64,000 nucleotides of DNA from IMG/VR virus record IMGVR_UViG_3300006151_000005, positions 41,516-105,515 of that record; one strand, given 5' to 3'. Under the pieces are notes generated by a model, which was not told where the DNA came from, made no database searches, and saw only the letters and a program-made list of their open reading frames with translations. Below are positions 63,079-64,000 of this stretch, piece after piece; position 1 is the first letter of the stretch; each line of letters begins with the position of its first letter. The translations under genes were made by a program, and so were the position numbers. The stretch comes from a virus (taxonomy: Duplodnaviria; Caudoviricetes).

Positions 63079-63981
63079 ATGACTGTCTTTGAACAAATAA
63101 TATACAACATCGTAAAGGAACTGCATGACAAGTGCGTGGCCGAACACCGCGCACCTGTCTGCGTATCCATGCACGAAATCAACAAGGCTTTGATGGAACA
63201 CGCTAAAACTGCCCTGAATAGCTTTGTCGCAGACGGAACAATGACGTGGCATCAGAATCTTAATAAAATCCCGATGTTCACAATCCAAAACCCGAAAGAC
63301 TGATGGCTTACCTCGGCAAATGTGCTATTCACGCAAGCAGTCCACGGATATGGCGTAGGCTGATAAACTTCGGTCTGCATCCCAATCCGTGCGGAACTAC
63401 AATGATAGCCAGAAACGCGAAAAACCGTATCTGCACCGTCGCGAAAAATGGCTCTTTCTTCAACGCCACGGAAGACGAAATAAGCGACGGCATACATGAC
63501 TGCAAGGATAACGACGGTCTTTTCTTCGCTCTTGCAGCCCTGCGTGATGATAGCGACATAAATCAGTGGTTCATCTATGATAATCGGTCGTGGAATGATG
63601 ACAACCCCACCCGGTGTTGGTTCATCTGCAAACAAGAAAGCATTGAGGATGATATGTGCTACGATTGCATGTTTGCAGACTGTGAAAAGGCCACGGAACG
63701 CGAGCTTATACTACACTTCAACGGTGATGATGACGAAATCGTAACTAATCAGCAATAACATGGCGCAAGAAGAAAAGAAAGACGGAAAGCAGGTAGTGTT
63801 GCCATACGATGAATATCAGGAAATGGCACGAAAGATTGCTGAAAATTCATTTGAATTGTCAGTGAAATTGAGGTATGAAGATGACTATCCGATTGCCACT
63901 CTTAAAGATATTGTTAGTAACGGCAATACTTCGGTTATTTTTTGTGAGTTTGTTAACGGCTCCGAGGAGCCAAGTGTTTAA
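63079..63981 (+). other. three hypothetical CDSs (63079-63303, 63303-63758, 63760-63981)
   Basis: Coupled ORF chain. Confidence 0.5.
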
Positions 63982-64000
63982 TCCGTTAAAAATCTGATGC

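Noticed and set aside
1-64000. Genome-wide stop-codon reassignment
   Set aside because: Long genes are intact under code 11, and all three stops terminate genes.
1-64000. CRISPR array, IS element, integrase, reverse transcriptase, rRNA
   Set aside because: No repeat-spacer pattern or diagnostic motifs recognised.

Overview
A 64-kb internal segment of a large tailed dsDNA phage or prophage of a Bacteroidales host. The host is inferred from many TTTG...TAnnTTTG promoters and a near absence of Shine-Dalgarno sites. A siphovirus-like virion is inferred from the ~2200-aa tape measure, PBSX-type terminase and SPP1-type portal. No integrase, host genes or genome ends are visible. Early and accessory arrays include a primase-helicase, three DNA methyltransferases, ThyX, MazG, a beta-clamp, radical SAM enzymes, YopX proteins and a Tad2-like protein. 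They are interleaved with three separate morphogenesis blocks that share one upstream promoter/operator motif. Top candidate novel system: a private translation-initiation code. The phage encodes (i) a tRNA with an initiator body (C1xU72, G2-C71, C3-G70, A11-U24, A73) but anticodon AAC, (ii) its own divergent methionyl-tRNA formyltransferase, and (iii) five late genes, including the major capsid and major tail proteins, whose ORFs appear to begin at GTT in an A-GTT-RR context. Second candidate: a split RlmN-like radical SAM enzyme that lacks the resolving Cys, with its methyl-carrier ACGQL motif on a separate 39-aa peptide. Also seen: homopolymer tracts that could phase-vary a split C5 methyltransferase, a DGR-like variable region, and a second tRNA-like element with a shortened anticodon loop. 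All family calls come from motif recognition by eye; no database searches were run.
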